Position numbers and translations under genes: made by a program. The notes below the pieces were generated by a model. It was given only the letters and a program-made list of their open reading frames with translations. It had not been told where the DNA came from and ran no database searches. This document shows, piece by piece, positions 12,632 to 26,580 of a stretch of DNA of 64,000 bases. Position 1 is the first letter of the stretch. Each line of letters starts with the position of its first letter. The stretch is from Narcine bancroftii (Eukaryota), in NCBI RefSeq assembly GCF_036971445.1, contig NC_091476.1, forward strand, positions 33,232,001 to 33,296,000, written 5' to 3'.

Positions 12632-13453
12632 AAGATGGCAGTGATAGACTCAGACTTGAAATTGGAGTCATCGACCTGTCTGCAGCGGCTACTGCTGAAC
12701 ATGCTTGCTGCAAGAAATTAGATATTTGCAATCAGATAACACTTCTAATCGGAGGAAAGGGTGCATTGGACTGCAGTGAGTCTTGTTTTGCCTGTGAAAT
12801 ATGCCGAATGGGAGTGGATCCGAGTGGCTGTTGCAAGAGCTGTGGAACTCACCTGACAGAGGTATGGAGCTTCAGACTTGGCTGAGTGGAGGAAGCTGAG
12901 CTGCTGTGATGATGAATGCAGTGGTTCTTTGGCTCTCTGAAAGCATTGTTGGAAATTCCGATTGTCAGTCTGAGTGGAAAGGCAGGCGGCGGAGTCGGAG
13001 ATGACGACCGGTGCGAGCGAGGGTTGCGGAGGTGCACCAGGCTCGGAGGCTGTGAGAGACGTGCTTAGGCCCCAAAGACAATATGGAGGAGTTGAGGCTG
13101 TGCTGTCTGGGTCTCACGGGAAGGATGGCACCGGAGGGCTTGAGACGTGGAAACTTATGACTGAATGGAATTTGGTTTCCTGGCCGCTGGTGAACTTAAC
13201 ATCTGTGAAGGGGTTGGAAACCCAACATGTTGAGGCCACAGCAACCTTCCAGGTTCAGGGAACATTCTTCTTCACCCGTAATTGTTTTTTTTTATAACTT
13301 CTAGATGTAATCTGTTTTCTTGTACAATTGCCTGGTTTCTTAAAATTGATTGTATGTTGCATTTTTAGGCAGTTTTTATACTGGGTCAGGGGAATGTTAT
13401 CTCACTTTTAATGCTGTAATGGTGTTAATGGAGAGAAATAAACTCATACTTCA
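12632..13453 (+). mobile_element. Probable non-autonomous LINE-type retroposon (non-coding, GC-rich)
   Basis: Starts with YY1-like AAGATGGC, has a GC-rich body without a recognisable ORF, and ends in a T-rich region plus AATAAAC and a short tail like Rex/L2 3' ends. Confidence 0.45.
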
Positions 13454-14029
13454 AAATAGAGAAATGATCAATCTGGTATTTGGATGGCATTATGACTTTT
13501 TAAATAATTGAATAGAAATTTATATTGTTCATATTTAGAAAAATAATTTGTAGCAAAACTTCTAAAGATTCTAGATTACTTCATGGTTTCTTTATTATCT
13601 TGTAATAAAAACAATGCAATATTACACAGAACTTGCTTCAGGCAGACAGATTCACCATTGTCAGAAACTGACTGAAGCGCCTCTTACAGTCAGAGAAAGA
13701 GAAACAAACGAGAGTCATCTCCCCCTCCCCCAACCGAGTCACTGAATATCCGTGGATTTGCCTCCAGTGCTCCCACAGCCTCTGCGGCAGACCAAGTTCC
13801 AGATCAATTTACTTCTGATTTTAATGTAAAGTTCTAATTATCCAAGAGCATTTTATGATGTCTTTGAACTTTGAAAATTGTTTCTGTGGAGTTTGCAGTG
13901 TTGTTTATTGTGGATTTGAAAATTGAAATGAATTTCAATTGAAAATTAGTACCATAATTGTTCAAAGCTAATAAATTTGAATTCATTGTAACTGCATGTA
14001 AGAAGTGAAGTTGCATGCTCACACACCAT

Positions 14030-14228
14030 TTAAAATTTAGACATACAGCATGGCAACAGGCCATTTGGGTGGCACGAGTCCGTGGGAGGAAACCAGGGCG
14101 CCCGGGGAAAACCCATGCAGACACAGGTGGAACATACAAACTTCTTACAGTCAGCATGGGATTGAAACCACAGTCCCAATTGCTGGATCTGTAAAGGCAT
14201 TGCTCTAATTGCCACACCAACCATGCCA
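14030..14228 (-). mobile_element. V-SINE (HE1-like), internally deleted
   Basis: GTGGGAGGAAACCAGGGCGCCCGGGGAAAACCCATGCAGACAC is the reverse complement of the V-domain; collinear with the copy at 46040-46287. Confidence 0.85.
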
Positions 14229-14449
14229 TTTGATACTCTGTTGTATTCACCACTGATATCAGTTGAATTTTGGCTGCCTTCAATAAAGGATAATTGTTCA
14301 GTAACTCCATCTTTTTATTTGCCTTTCTAGAATCAACATAAATATTCTGATTGGAATGGTAAATCTTACTCCAGTCCTGCTCAATGAGAACACAGCTTCC
14401 TTGAAGTGATCAACAGTTATTTAGTTGTATTACACAACTTGCAACTCAC

Positions 14450-14750
14450 ATCTGGGAATGATCCAGAGTCATGAGTTTTAATCCCATCATGGGATCTGAG
14501 TAAGTCAAATTCAAGGAAGTGAATAATTCTTGAATCAAAAAGCAAATGCCATTCTCAGTAAAAATAATCATGGAAGCACCAGCTTTTCATCTAAAATCTG
14601 ATTGTTTCACCTTTGTCCTTCGGCAAAGGAATCGCCACCACTTTCCAGGTCTGGTCCTTAAAATTTTGTTTGACTTTTCATATCTTCAGCTCAGAGAGAT
14701 GACAGTAAATAATAAATGCTGACATTTCCAAAGACATCTACATCCTCTTA
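14450..14750 (+). mobile_element. Old Deu-domain SINE (SacSINE1-like)
   Basis: ATCCAGAGTCATGAGTTTTAATCCCATCATGG, TTCACCTTTGTCCTTCGGCAAAGGAA, CAGGTCTGG and the AATAAATGCTGAC tail match the recalled shark DeuSINE layout. Confidence 0.6.
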
Positions 14751-14756
14751 AATAAT

Positions 14757-16330
14757 GTTTTTTTTTTAATATTTCATTTTGATTTTCATAAACTTGCAAA
14801 ATTCAAACAGAATAATCTTCAAACATTCATACAATATACAAAGTCTGTGTTTACCCCCCCCCCATGCCCCAACCTGCCCATTACCCGTTCCTCCTTTACC
14901 CGACTAAAAAAAAGTTAATTAAATTATACAACTACAAATTCCATTGGGGTTATAGACCCCTACAACCTAGGGGAAATAAAACAACCAGGATGGCTAAATA
15001 ACAAAGGCTAAAGGAAAAAAAAATAATTGAAACTAAAACAGAAGCATGTTGCCTGCAGCAAGTCCCACTTCCTTCATCATTTTTGTTTCCCTGCTGGGAT
15101 GGATTACTATCATACCCCTATTTCGAAGTGGGGGGGGGGGCTAATCAAATTGTATGCTAATATATTTCAAGTAAGGTTGCCACCCTCTAACAAATGTGTT
15201 GAGTTTCTTCCTTAGAATATATGTGATTTTGCCAAGGGGAATGCAACTCTGCATTTCCATATTCCAATGTGTAGTATTTAGTTGGGCGTCGGATTTCCAC
15301 GTAACCACTATACACTTCCTGGCTACTGCCAAGGTGATCCTCATGAACAGAATTTGATCTTTGGCAAATCTGAAACTCATGTCCCCAATATCTCCCAAAA
15401 GATACAATGCTGGATCCTGTGGAAAATACATTTTTGTAATTTTTTTTTCAGAATGTCTCCCAGATGGGTTTCACCTTTGTACACAGCCAGGTGAAGTGGA
15501 CCAAACTTCCAACCTCCACACCACACCTAAAGCACATTTCTGAAGTTTCAGGCTTTTGTTTTTGTATTTTTTGTGGTGTGAGGAACAACTCATGTAAGAA
15601 ATTGTACTGCACCAACCTGTATCTGGCCTTGATGACCCCTGTCACATTATCCAGACACAGTCCTTGCCACTATTCTTCACTGATTATTGTGCCAAGTCCA
15701 ACTCCTATCTCTCCCTTGATCTTCAGACCCTCACTTTGGAATATGTAACACATCTTAGAAAAATACATTTACACACAATCCCCTATTGAATTAGAATCTC
15801 TATGTTACTACATCTAGGTAGGGTCATAAATGGTCCCATTTTTTCTCTTAAGAAAGATCTTATTTGCAGATAGAAGAAGAAAGTTCTGTTGGAAAAATTG
15901 TATTTGTTTCTCAAACTGCCTTCTTTTGTAACAATCCTTGATACACCTGATCCCTTTCTGGCACCAGGTGTCCAGGATTTTATTACCCAGAGTTAAATTA
16001 TTCTGGGTCAAGTGTGTATTGGAGAATATCCCCACCTTTCATCCAATACATTGTTTTACTCTTTTCCAAGTCTGGAGTATATGCTTTAGCATGGAGCTAT
16101 CCATTTTCTTAGAGAGTAATTTGGGATCCTAATTATATATGAATTCTTCAGCTCACTTTTTGCTACCAAGTGTAATCCAATTTGTGGTGCCCTCCCTCAA
16201 AAAGTGAAGCGATAAACCTCACCTGGGCTTTGAACTCCTCCAACAAGTTGTAATCCATGTCAACTTTTCAGTGGAGATTCTAGCCACTTTCCCACTCCAC
16301 AGGAACATTCTGACACACTCATTAAGATGG
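14757..16330 (-). mobile_element. 5'-truncated L1 (second family), ORF2 C-terminus and 3' UTR
   Basis: Poly(T) at 14757-14768; RYRLVQYNFLHELFLTP, CFRCGVEVGSLVHFTWLC zinc knuckle, ARKCIVVTWKS. Confidence 0.85.
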
Positions 16331-16359
16331 AGAAATCAACCCTTATTTAACCCTTGGCC

Positions 16360-16450
16360 TCTGTTTCCCGGTTTTCAGGGACTATCAACAAGCACATATA
16401 ATCCATGTCCCTGTTTTCAGGGACTACAACAAGCGCAGATACACTCTGTC
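16360..16450. repeat. About 42-bp tandem duplication
   Basis: GTTTTCAGGGACTA(T)CAACAAGC occurs twice about 42 bp apart. Confidence 0.75.
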
Positions 16451-18056
16451 CCCCATTTCCCAAGACTGGATTTAAACCCAACTACCAGCTGGTTTGTACA
16501 GGAGTTGGTACTGTAGTTTACCCATGGATCCAGTACAGAGTATATATTATGAAAGGTTAAAAATGGCCAGAGTTCAATGTGTTAAATAAGTTTTCCAGAT
16601 CTTTTATTATTGATTAGAAGCTCGTATTTGTTAATGCAGGGACCATGCAAATCAAAATTACATGAGATCTTTTGGCAGATTTTAGACTTTCATTTGCATA
16701 TGCCACATGCCTTGTAGATACATCAGTCTTGAGCATCTCTGCTAACTCTTGTGCTTGACAATTTTGAAGCCAGCACCTTTCCAGGTTATAATGAGTGGGC
16801 AGTTCCAGTTAGCCACATTGGAGATCTATGGGGGGACCATAGGACATGGTATGGTTACTGTTTGAGACCAAGATATTTAATTGCACAGTAAGACAAATGA
16901 ATCAGGGTTCTTTCAAGATGCAGAAGCTAGAATGAAACTACGAGGTCACATTTCAGGGATTTTGTTAGATCTTAACTATATGCTTGCAAATTAATACCAA
17001 GTAGCAACTTTTCAGGCAACTTTCTGTGTAGCAAAATTAATAGAAGAGAAATCAATCACATCCTGGAGCTGTTACGAGTGGGCCATGAGTTTGATCAGCC
17101 AGATAACCTTTCTCAGTGTTCATCCTAATCTTTGGTAGTTTGAATACCGAGGAAACTGAAAACTCCTATATTTCTCCATATCCCCCATGCTTTCTGAGTG
17201 GCTACAAAGACTGTGAATAGAGATTGAAGAATAACAAAGCAGAAAATATAAATTAAAACTGGAAGTGTTTTGAATAAAACATATTCAGATTATTCTATCT
17301 GCCTTATAAAACAGCTTGAGCTTTATTATAGCTGTGCCTGGGCCTGTTTGTTGCAGTTTTGTGCTTCACTATACAATAGTCATGTTATAAAATAAACAAT
17401 GTCAACAGGTCACTCGGTTCCAAACACTAAATAATTGTGCACAAGGTAATCAATCTCAATTTATCACCTAATCAATTTTGGCAAGTGGTTTGCGTGATAT
17501 CATTTCTACACACAGCTCTAAGTAGGTGAGGTTACATCATTGCAAATGTCAGACATTAATAGAGTCCTGTCTGCTGCCTGACACATATTCCATCTTTTTG
17601 AGACTCTTGTCTTAATTTAATCATTGTTTTAAAGTCAACAAGCCTGTGCGTGAATGAGAAGACCCATAAAGGTTCTCATCAGATGTCTTTAGATGTTAAA
17701 AAATATATTAACATTTAATCATAATGCTGGTTTGATCATATGGGCTTGTTTGGGCAAAATTAATATTTTAAAGAGGACTTTAATTGATGATTAAGTTGTG
17801 TTGGAATCAACAATGAAATAAATCACAAAATGCTGGAAACATTCAGGCAACATTTTTGATTGTGAATCAGAATTAAATAGATTAAAATTTGTCAAGGATA
17901 ATATAGCAAGGTTTACTGTTTCACACTGGATGATCTGTTTGATCCAATAGAACCAAATGTTAGGTTGCAAGCATAAGAATATTAAAATGAGTCACTTTGA
18001 ACCTAATCTGTCAAATTTTGGGTGATCATTCCAAAGAAGGAAATGGTCAAAGGCTA

Positions 18057-18120
18057 GTGCGCGCGCGCGTGCGTGCGTGCGTGCGTGCGTGTGTCTGTGT
18101 CTGTGTCGCGTGCGTGTGCA
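18057..18120. repeat. Alternating purine-pyrimidine microsatellite (GC)n(GTGC)n(GT)n, Z-DNA prone
   Basis: Directly visible. Confidence 0.9.
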
Positions 18121-18900
18121 TTTGTTGTTTTTGCAATACCATTTAAATGAAATCTCTGTCCTCCATTCTTCTCTGTTAATGCCAAATTATCAATATTCCA
18201 TGGTTCCCCTAACATCCAAAATCAATAGATTCCTGTTTTGACTGAACCTTCATGGCCATCTATATTTGAGAATTCAAAAGACTTGCTATTTTTCTGAGTG
18301 AGGAAATTACTCCTCATATTAGTCATTCATTGCTTGCCATTATTCTGAGAGAGTAACCCCTGTTTCTAGACTCTTTGACAAGGGGAAACATCCTCTTTTC
18401 AATAACTGATTTTGATGTATTTGCAAAGTAATTCAAGAAATTTCCATTTTATATCAACTTCCTAAAAAAAAGCAGCATGTTGTTTCATTTAACCAAAGGA
18501 GGCTAAATTTGAACCCATATTTGAGTGCAGACTCTAATTGGCAGTATTTGATATTCACATTTCCTTTCGTGTGAGCATTGGCTCAAAATGGCATTAGCTT
18601 TAGGGGTAGTTTTGAGTGTCATGATCCCCTTTAGAACACCGTAGGCTAAAAATGTACCAAAGGGAAGGTGTGATTGCTGGCAGCATTGTAAAGGAGGACC
18701 CAAAAGAACAGTACAAGCAGTCGCTGACTTAAATCCGAATTTTCTCCTCATCATTGAGTACTGAAGTCTTAAAGCAAAGATTTTAATCAAATATTGTACT
18801 TTAAAACTATAAGAGGGAGACAGAAAGAGCCAAAAAGTGCATACTTACTTTGTTAGTCGGTGTTGCTGGGTCCATAAGATCAGCGCGACCATCTTAATTC

Positions 18901-19082
18901 CTTTGTTCATGCACGAGCCTCCAGTTGGTGCAGGCATGTTAGGTTTCCATATTGGATTTCAGTTGGCAAAAGCACCCTGACAATATTGAATTTGCACCCT
19001 TAACTGTCGCACATGCACTAAGCAAACTCCAGTACACGAACCCACAGTGCATGTGCCAACCGAAGACTCGTGTATGCGCACA
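18901..19082. repeat. Imperfect inverted repeat (~55-bp arms), probable old palindromic MITE
   Basis: CATGCACGAGCCTCCAGTTGG (about 18908-18928) pairs with CCAACCGAAGACTCGTGTATG (about 19056-19076). Confidence 0.55.
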
Positions 19083-19244
19083 GGACCTTTAAAATTCATG
19101 AAATGGGGAATGAGGCAATCTATTGGTAAGGTATAGGTTTTTCCTCTTGCTTGCCATCTTTCTAGCGTACCTGCAGAATGGTGACTGCATGCTGGTCACT
19201 ATATTGCACTATATTGTGCATGCGCACATGTGGATATATACATT

Positions 19245-19313
19245 TTTTTTTAAATTGGTCGTATGTGTGGATGGACGTAAGTCGAGTAGGTCATAAGTCG
19301 GGAAGGACCTGTA
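19245..19313. mobile_element. Tigger-like transposon end remnant
   Basis: CGTAAGTCGAGTAGGTCATAAGTCGGGAAGGACCTG followed by TA resembles a pogo/Tigger TIR; the partner end was not found. Confidence 0.55.
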
Positions 19314-20488
19314 AATAAATTGTTGATTGAGGAAGCTGGCAACATGGCAAGTTATGAAGGGAGACCTATTTAGAATCAGTAACGGAGAAGAGGGAAAATT
19401 TGCAATAATCCACAATGGAACAAATCCCTGGCTGAATGAAAGGAAAATAAATAACTTGGAAGCATTAGTGATACAAACAAAGTGATCAAACCAATGAACC
19501 ATTGATGGGGAAACTTGGAAAATGGAATAGGTCCTTACAGAAAGTGTCAGATCAAAGTCATGATCAACTTAGCTTCTGGAGTAAAGTGACTTCAAGTATT
19601 AAAAGAGTTACAAAGAATGAGAATGAAGGATAGAACACAATTCAATAAAAGTTTAATGATCCAGAAGCAAGGACAAATGTCATAATAAATCAGAGAGGTT
19701 GGTACAGAAAGATCCATTCAATGTACCATATTAGTTCTTGTCTACCAGGTTGATGTTTTACAGATAATCTTTACTGCTCACTTTACAGAGCTGATAATCT
19801 TCAATGAAACAACCAAGTGGAATATAGTCAAGAACAGAGGAAGGACACAAACTAAAATCTTCTCTCACATATATTGACATTTTTTTTGCAAAAGAGGCCT
19901 TTATATTTTATAACATGATCAGACTATATTTGCATCCTTGAATTAAATCCAAGGACTCTAAGCATTGAGTTCATATTTTTTTTTAAAGTTAACCAAGTGC
20001 TTTGAATCCTTGAATTCAATTCAAAGTGCAAATATAGTTTGAATTTGTTACAAAATAAATTAACTTCATGAACACAAAATCTAGAATTATTTCAGTAAAT
20101 TTTTCTGAGGTTCATTTTGTTTCAATAATATTGCCAAGTTAGATTGCAAAAGTTTTTGTTATCCTTGATTTTCATTTCTTGTTTCATTTCTGGATATAAA
20201 ATATCATAAGTGCAATTCATATTTGCATTACTTTTAAAAATGCTATTAAAACCCTGTTCAAACTACATGCAAGGAATGTTCTGCAAATGAATTAAATGTT
20301 CCTGCATGAACTCTCAGTATCACTAAAACATGTTTTTTTTTTCATTGAAAGCTTATAATTTGTCCTTGGTTTGTTGCTCCTTCCTGATGTCATCGAAACA
20401 TAGCAACATAGAAAATAGGTGTAGGAGTAGGCCATTTGGCCCTTCAAGCCTACACAGCCATTCATTTTGATCATGGCTGATCATCCAC

Positions 20489-23470
20489 TCAGTACCCTGT
20501 TCCAGCTCTCTCTCTCAATAATCCCTGATTCCCCTAGTCACAAGTACTAAATCTAACTCTCTCTTAAATATATCTATGGAACCAGCCTCAATGACTTCCT
20601 GTGGCAGAGAATTCCATAAATTCACCACCCTCTGAATGAAAAAATTCTTCCTCATCTCAGTCCTAAAGGACTTCCCCTTTATCCTTAAACTGTGACCCCT
20701 GGTTCTAGACTTGCTCAACATTGGGAACAATCTTCTTGCATCTAGCCTGTCAAATCCCTTAAGAATTTTGAATGTTTCTATTAAATCTCCTCTTAATCGT
20801 TTAAACTCCAGCGAGTACAAGCCCAGTCCTTCTAGCCTTTCTTCATATGCAAGTCCCACCATCCCTGGTATCAATCTGGTCAACCTTTTCTGCACTTTCT
20901 CCATGGCAATGATGTCCTTCCTCAGATAAGGAGACCAAAACTGAACACAATACTCCAGGTGAGGTCTCACCAAGGCCCTATACAATGCATCAATACCTCT
21001 CTGCTCCTGGACTCAAATCCTCTTGATATGAATGCCAACATACCATTCACCTTTTTTACTGTTTGCTGCACCTGCCTGCCCACTTTTAATGACTGATGCA
21101 CAGCGACACCCAGGTCTCTTTGCATCTCCCCTTTTCCTAATTGGATACCATTAAGATAGTACTCAGCCCTCCCATTCTTTCCTCCAAAGTGGATAAGCAC
21201 ACACTTATCCACATTATATTGCATCTGCCATGCATTTACCCACTCACCCAACCTGCCCAAGTCACCCTGCACACTCTTAACAGCCTCTACACATCTTACA
21301 ATCCCACCCAGTTTCGTGTCGTCTGCAAACTTGGAAATGCTGCTTTCTATTTCCTCATCTAAATCATTAATATATATCGTAAATAACTGGGGTCCCAGCA
21401 CTGAGCCTCGTGGTACCCCACTAGTAACTGACTGCCATTCCAAAAAGTACCTATTTATTCCTACTCTTTGCTTCCTATCTGTCAACCAATTCTCTATCCA
21501 CCTCAATACCATATCCCCTATACCGTGTGCCTTAAGTTTGTATAGTAATATCCTGTGTGGGACCTTATCAAAGGCCTTCTGAAAATCCAGGTAAACCACA
21601 TCTACTGGTTCTCCCCTATCCACTCCACTAGTTACATCCTCAAAAAATTCAATAAGATTAGTCAGACACGATTTTCCCTTCATAAAACCATGCTGGCTTC
21701 TGACTAATTAATTCACCACTTTCCAGATGTGCTGCAATCACATCTTTAATAACTGACTCTGACAATTTCCTCACTACCAATGTCAAGCTAACCAGTCTAT
21801 AATACCCTGATTTCTCTTTCCCTCCCTATTTAAAAAGTGGAGTTACATTAGCCACCCTCCAGTCCTCAGGAAATACTCCAAAATCTAAAGAGTTTTGAAA
21901 AATTATCAACAATGCATCCACTATTTCATGGGCTTCCTCCTTTAGCACTCTGGGATGCAGACCATCTGGCCCTGGGGACTTGTCTGCCTTTAATCCCTTC
22001 AATTTATCCAACTCAACCTCATAACTTGCACTTATTTTCCGCAGTCCTTCCATCACATTAGCCCCATGGTCCCCTATTATTTCCTGAAGATTATTCATAT
22101 TTTCCCTAGAGAAGACCGAACTAAAGTAGTTATTTAATTGGTCTGCCATGTCCTTGTACCCCATGACCATTCACCTGTGTCTGACTGCAAGGGACCCACA
22201 TTTGTCTTTACTAGTCTCTTTCTCTTTACATATCTATAAAAACTTTTGCAGTCATTTTTTATGTTCCCTGCCAACTTTCTCTCATAATCTCTTTTGCCTT
22301 TCCTGATTAATCCCTTTGTCTTCCTCTGTAGAACTCTGAATTTCTCCTAATCCTCTGGTTTTCTATCTTTCCTGGCAAGTCTATATGCTTCCTCTTTACA
22401 CTTGATACTCTCCCTGATTTCCCTTGTTATCCAAGGATGTACTACCCTCCTTGAGTTATTATTTTTCCAAACTGGGATGAACAAATGCTGTATTTCATCC
22501 TGGTGATTCTTAAATGCTTGCCATTGCCTTTCTACAGTTAATCCTTTAAGTAACATTTGCCAATCTAACTTAATCAATTCGTGTCTCATACCCTCAAAGT
22601 CACCCTTCTTTAAGTTCAGAACCTGAGTTACAGAATTAACCCTGTCACTTTCCATCCTAATATAAAATTGCACCATATTGTGGTCACTCTTGCCCAAAGG
22701 GCTTCGCACAACAAGATAGTTAACTAACCCTTCCTCATTACTCAGAACCCAGTCTAGGATGGCCTGTTCCCTTGTTGGTTCTTCAACATACTGGGTTAGA
22801 AAATTATCCCGTATACCTTCTAAGAAATCGTCCTCTTCAATACCCTTACCAATTTGATTCATCCAGTCTATATGGAGATTAAAGTCACCCATTATAACTG
22901 CCTTGCCTTTGTTGCACGCATTTCCAATTTCCTGTATAATGCCATCCCCAACCACTCTACTACTGTTAGATGGTCTATATACAACTCCCACTAACGTCTT
23001 CTGCCCCCTTGCATTTTGCAGCTCTACCCACATTGATTCCACATCATTCAACCTAACATCCCTCCTTTCTATTGCTTTTAACTCCTCTCTAACCAACAAT
23101 GCTACCCCACCTCCTTTTCCTTTCTGTCTGTCCCTCCTGAATATTGAAAATCCATGAATGTTAAGCTCCCAGCTTTGGTCCTCTTAAAGCCATGTCTCTG
23201 TGATCCCAACTATATCATAGTCATTTACAGCTATCTGCACATTCAAATCATCCACTTTATTACGAATACTCCTTGCATTAAGACACAAGGCCTTCAAGCT
23301 TGTTTTTACCAGAGCCTTAACCCTATCACCATTATGCTGTAAAGCGGCCCTTTTACATTTTTGCCCAGTTACCTGTCTGCCTCTTTTGCTTTTCCTCCTC
23401 CTATCTCTGACTTCTTCCCTCATGCTAAACCCCTCTGTCTCTCTACTCCTGATCCTATCCCCCTGCCACA
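20489..23470 (-). pseudogene. CR1 ORF2 (APE endonuclease plus RT), frameshifted
   Basis: CLNARSIRNK, GITETWL, MGDFN, SDHN, KSPGPDGLHP, LDFQKAFDKV, KFADDTKL, LEYCVQFWSP. Confidence 0.95.
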
Positions 23471-24433
23471 TTAGTTTAAACCTTGCCCAACAATACCTCC
23501 AAACACACTTCCGAGGGCATTGATCTCGGTCCTGCCCAGATGGAGACCATCCTGTTTGAACTGATCCCATCTGCCCCAGAACTTATTCCAATGCCCCAAG
23601 AATCTGAACCCTTCCCACCTACACCACTGTTCAAGCCACATATTCATTCTATCTATCCTGCAATTCCTACTCTGACTAGCTCGTGGCACTGGCAATAATC
23701 CAGAGATTATTACCCTAGAGGTCCTACTCCTTAACTTCCTTCCAAACTCCATAAATTCTGCTTGTAGGACCTAATCCCACTTTTTTCCTTTGTTGTTGGT
23801 ACCAAAATGGACCACAACAGTTGGCTGTTCACCCTCCCCATCCAGAATGCCCTGCAGCCGCTCCGTGATATCCCTGACCCTTGCACCCGGGAGGCAACAC
23901 ACCAACCATGAGTCCCGTTTACGGCCACAGAAGCTCCTGTCTATTCCCCTTACAATTGAATCCTCTATGACTATTGACCTACCACTCTTTTTCCAGCCCT
24001 CTTGCACGGCAGAGCCACTCACATTGCCCTGACCCTGGCTACTACTGCCTTCTTCTGTTGGGCCATCTCCCCCAACAACATCCAAAGTGGAATATCTGTT
24101 TTTCAGGGAGATGACCACAGGAGACTCCTGCACTACCTTCCTGTTCTTACTCTTACCCTTGGTCACCCAGTCCCTATCTCTCTCAACTCTATGAAGCTGT
24201 GGTGTGACCAACTCACTAAAGGTGTTATCCACCAAATCCTCAGCACCCCAGATGCTCCAGAGCGAGTCCATGAGCAGCTCCAGTGCCGTCATGCGATCAA
24301 TCAGGAGCTGCAGCTGAACACACTTCCTGCACATGTAGTTCCCAGGGACACTGTCAGTCACCCTGAGTTCCCACATGACACAAGAGGAGCATGGCACTAG
24401 ATTGAGCTCACCTGCCATGTCTAAAATGACCAC
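23471..24433 (-). pseudogene. CR1 ORF1: zinc finger/leucine zipper plus SGNH esterase domain, interrupted
   Basis: CSSCVMW...CRKCVQLQLL, IVIEDSIVRG, CCLPGARVRD, VVHFGTNN, DGLHL; a frameshift and stop near 23770. Confidence 0.9.
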
Positions 24434-24975
24434 CTACAATTGAACTAAATGAAAAAAGAAAAAAAAAGACTCACCCCTTTACCTGTGCCTCAGCCTCTCT
24501 GCGCCCAAGTCTTGAGCCAATGTCTCAAGTCTCAAGTCTCCACTCCTTCATTGCCCCATTCACTCACTGAGCTACTCCTCGCTGGCCGCTCCCTCACCTT
24601 TCACTCCTTTTATTTTATTGGCCCTCAGGCAATTTACTTACTACTCTAGCAGTCTTTCCTCGCCCCTCCTCGAACGGTCGCCTTGGGAAACACCGACTCT
24701 GTTGCCCTCCGAGCAGCAGCAGCCCGATGTATGTCTCTATTCATTTCATCAATTTTTCATTCTCTTTCAGCTGTCAGATTTTCGGAGGCATAGAAAAATC
24801 AGGAACATTGGTTAAAATGAAAACAGACAATCTCATTACAAAATTCAAGTTATCATCTTACTTACCATAGGTGGATTGGCCATCAAGCCTTACCCTGCCT
24901 CATTAACATCTGAAGAGATGAGTGAAGATCTTTTGGGGCTGAAAAGGTGCTGTCAATTTCTGTTCCTGGTCCAGA

Positions 24976-25765
24976 TTTTTTTTTGGAATATTTTATTTAT
25001 AATTTTAAATATATTTAATAATCAACAAATCAACAATCATACCAAATACAAAACATCAAGAGAACTCCTCCCTACATCCCTTCCCCTCAATATAAGACCT
25101 ATTAAACAGAGAAAGAACGAAGAAAAAAGGGTGTCCCATTGTCAGTGCATACAGTAATGCAGACACAATAATACCACAGTGTTAAAATCTTTACAGAGGT
25201 CTACTGGCTAGCCAATAACCCTATATTGGTGTCAGTGAGCTAAAACACTCATCTACAAAATTTGATTCAGAGTTTCTTGGGAAATTAGAAACTTGTGATT
25301 CAAGAAAATTCCAGACTTGCAAATATCTAAAGAATTGAGATTTAGGCGTTAAATTTAGCATAAAGATGTTTAAATGATGCAAAATATCCACCAATGAACA
25401 AACCCTTAAAAGCTTCGAATACCTTCTCTATACCATCTCTGAAAAATAGCATCATGTAAAGAAGGCTGAAAAAAATGATCGGATACAATAATACTTGAGA
25501 AAGAAAAATTATGAAATGCAAAATGTTTTCTAAATTGTGCCCAAATTCTCATAGAATATTTAACAATTGGATTATCTATTAACTTAGTAGAGCAAGGAAG
25601 TGAAGTGCTAAATTAGAAAAGTTTAGGGGGGAATTCAGCTCCATTGATACCCCTAATGGGCGATCAGAGTGATTATGAAAGAAGGACCAATATGTAAGAT
25701 TTGTATCTTCACTATCCAATCGTCGAATCTAAAGTTAGGTAGAGCCATACCACTATCTCTGAAGA
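24976..25765 (-). mobile_element. Old L1 3' fragment with internal deletion
   Basis: Poly(T) at 24976; the minus strand encodes SGMALPNF near 25735-25757 and RYLQV-like C-terminal motifs. Confidence 0.65.
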
Positions 25766-26194
25766 AGGAAGGGCTTTTGTCTAATAAATCATTATTTACA
25801 GCACACATCTATTTCTTTGATGCTATGTGCTCACAGTAATTTCAAGTGCAGAAGGAATTTATTCACCCATCATGTTAATGCAAGTTAAACAAAAAGTAAA
25901 AAGCCATATTCCAGATGGCAGACCTTCACATGTAATATTGTAGGTTATGATATGTCAAGTGGTCACCCAGTTGTAAATAGATGCATAGAGAGTTTTAGGC
26001 TACATTCTCTGCAATCTTTACAGCTACAGGTGAAAATATTTATGCTTTGTTTTCCCCCAATACTTCCAAAATCTATATCATGAATATTACAATTTAATAT
26101 ATTATTACATGTCAATAAAAGGAAATTTGAACTTTGTTAAACTCTCTTAAAGTAAGTCGGTCATTTTTATCTTTCTACCTTGACCTTATAACTT

Positions 26195-26580
26195 CATACA
26201 TCCAGGCAGCTAATATCATATAGAACCCCAATCACCTTGGTCACTACTTCTTCTCGCTGATACCCTCAGGAAGAAGGTAAAGAAATCTGAAGATCACTAC
26301 CTCTAGGTTCAAGAACAATTTATTTCCAATGACTATTGAGCTCTTGAACCACTCTTTTCTACTCTAATCATCAACTACTGACACCACAAATGAACCCGTC
26401 TGTTCTTTTCGAACATCACTTTTTTTTTCTTGCACTATGGTAACTTGGAAGTGTTATTATCTCTCTATAATTCAATTTAAAGTAGTTGTTTCATTTACAA
26501 AGTAATTGTTTGTCAGCAGCAAGAAAGAATTTTGATGCATATCAAGAGTATATATTATAATTGATAATATAATCATTATC
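26195..26580 (+). mobile_element. Rex-Babar LINE 3' fragment
   Basis: Decayed AANII..PNHLGHYFFSLIPSGRR..LKITTSRFKN..FP motif. Confidence 0.7.

Larger units (their letters stand above)
20395..24722 (-). mobile_element. Full-length CR1 LINE (~4.3 kb), lightly decayed
   Basis: 5' UTR, ORF1, ORF2 and (TTTCTATG)n-type tail. Possible 8-bp TSD CCTGATGT/CCCGATGT at 20383 and 24723 (weak). Confidence 0.93.

Noticed and set aside
17005-17230. Possible exon on either strand
   Set aside because: Short frames ending in stops, no paired splice sites and no recognisable homology.
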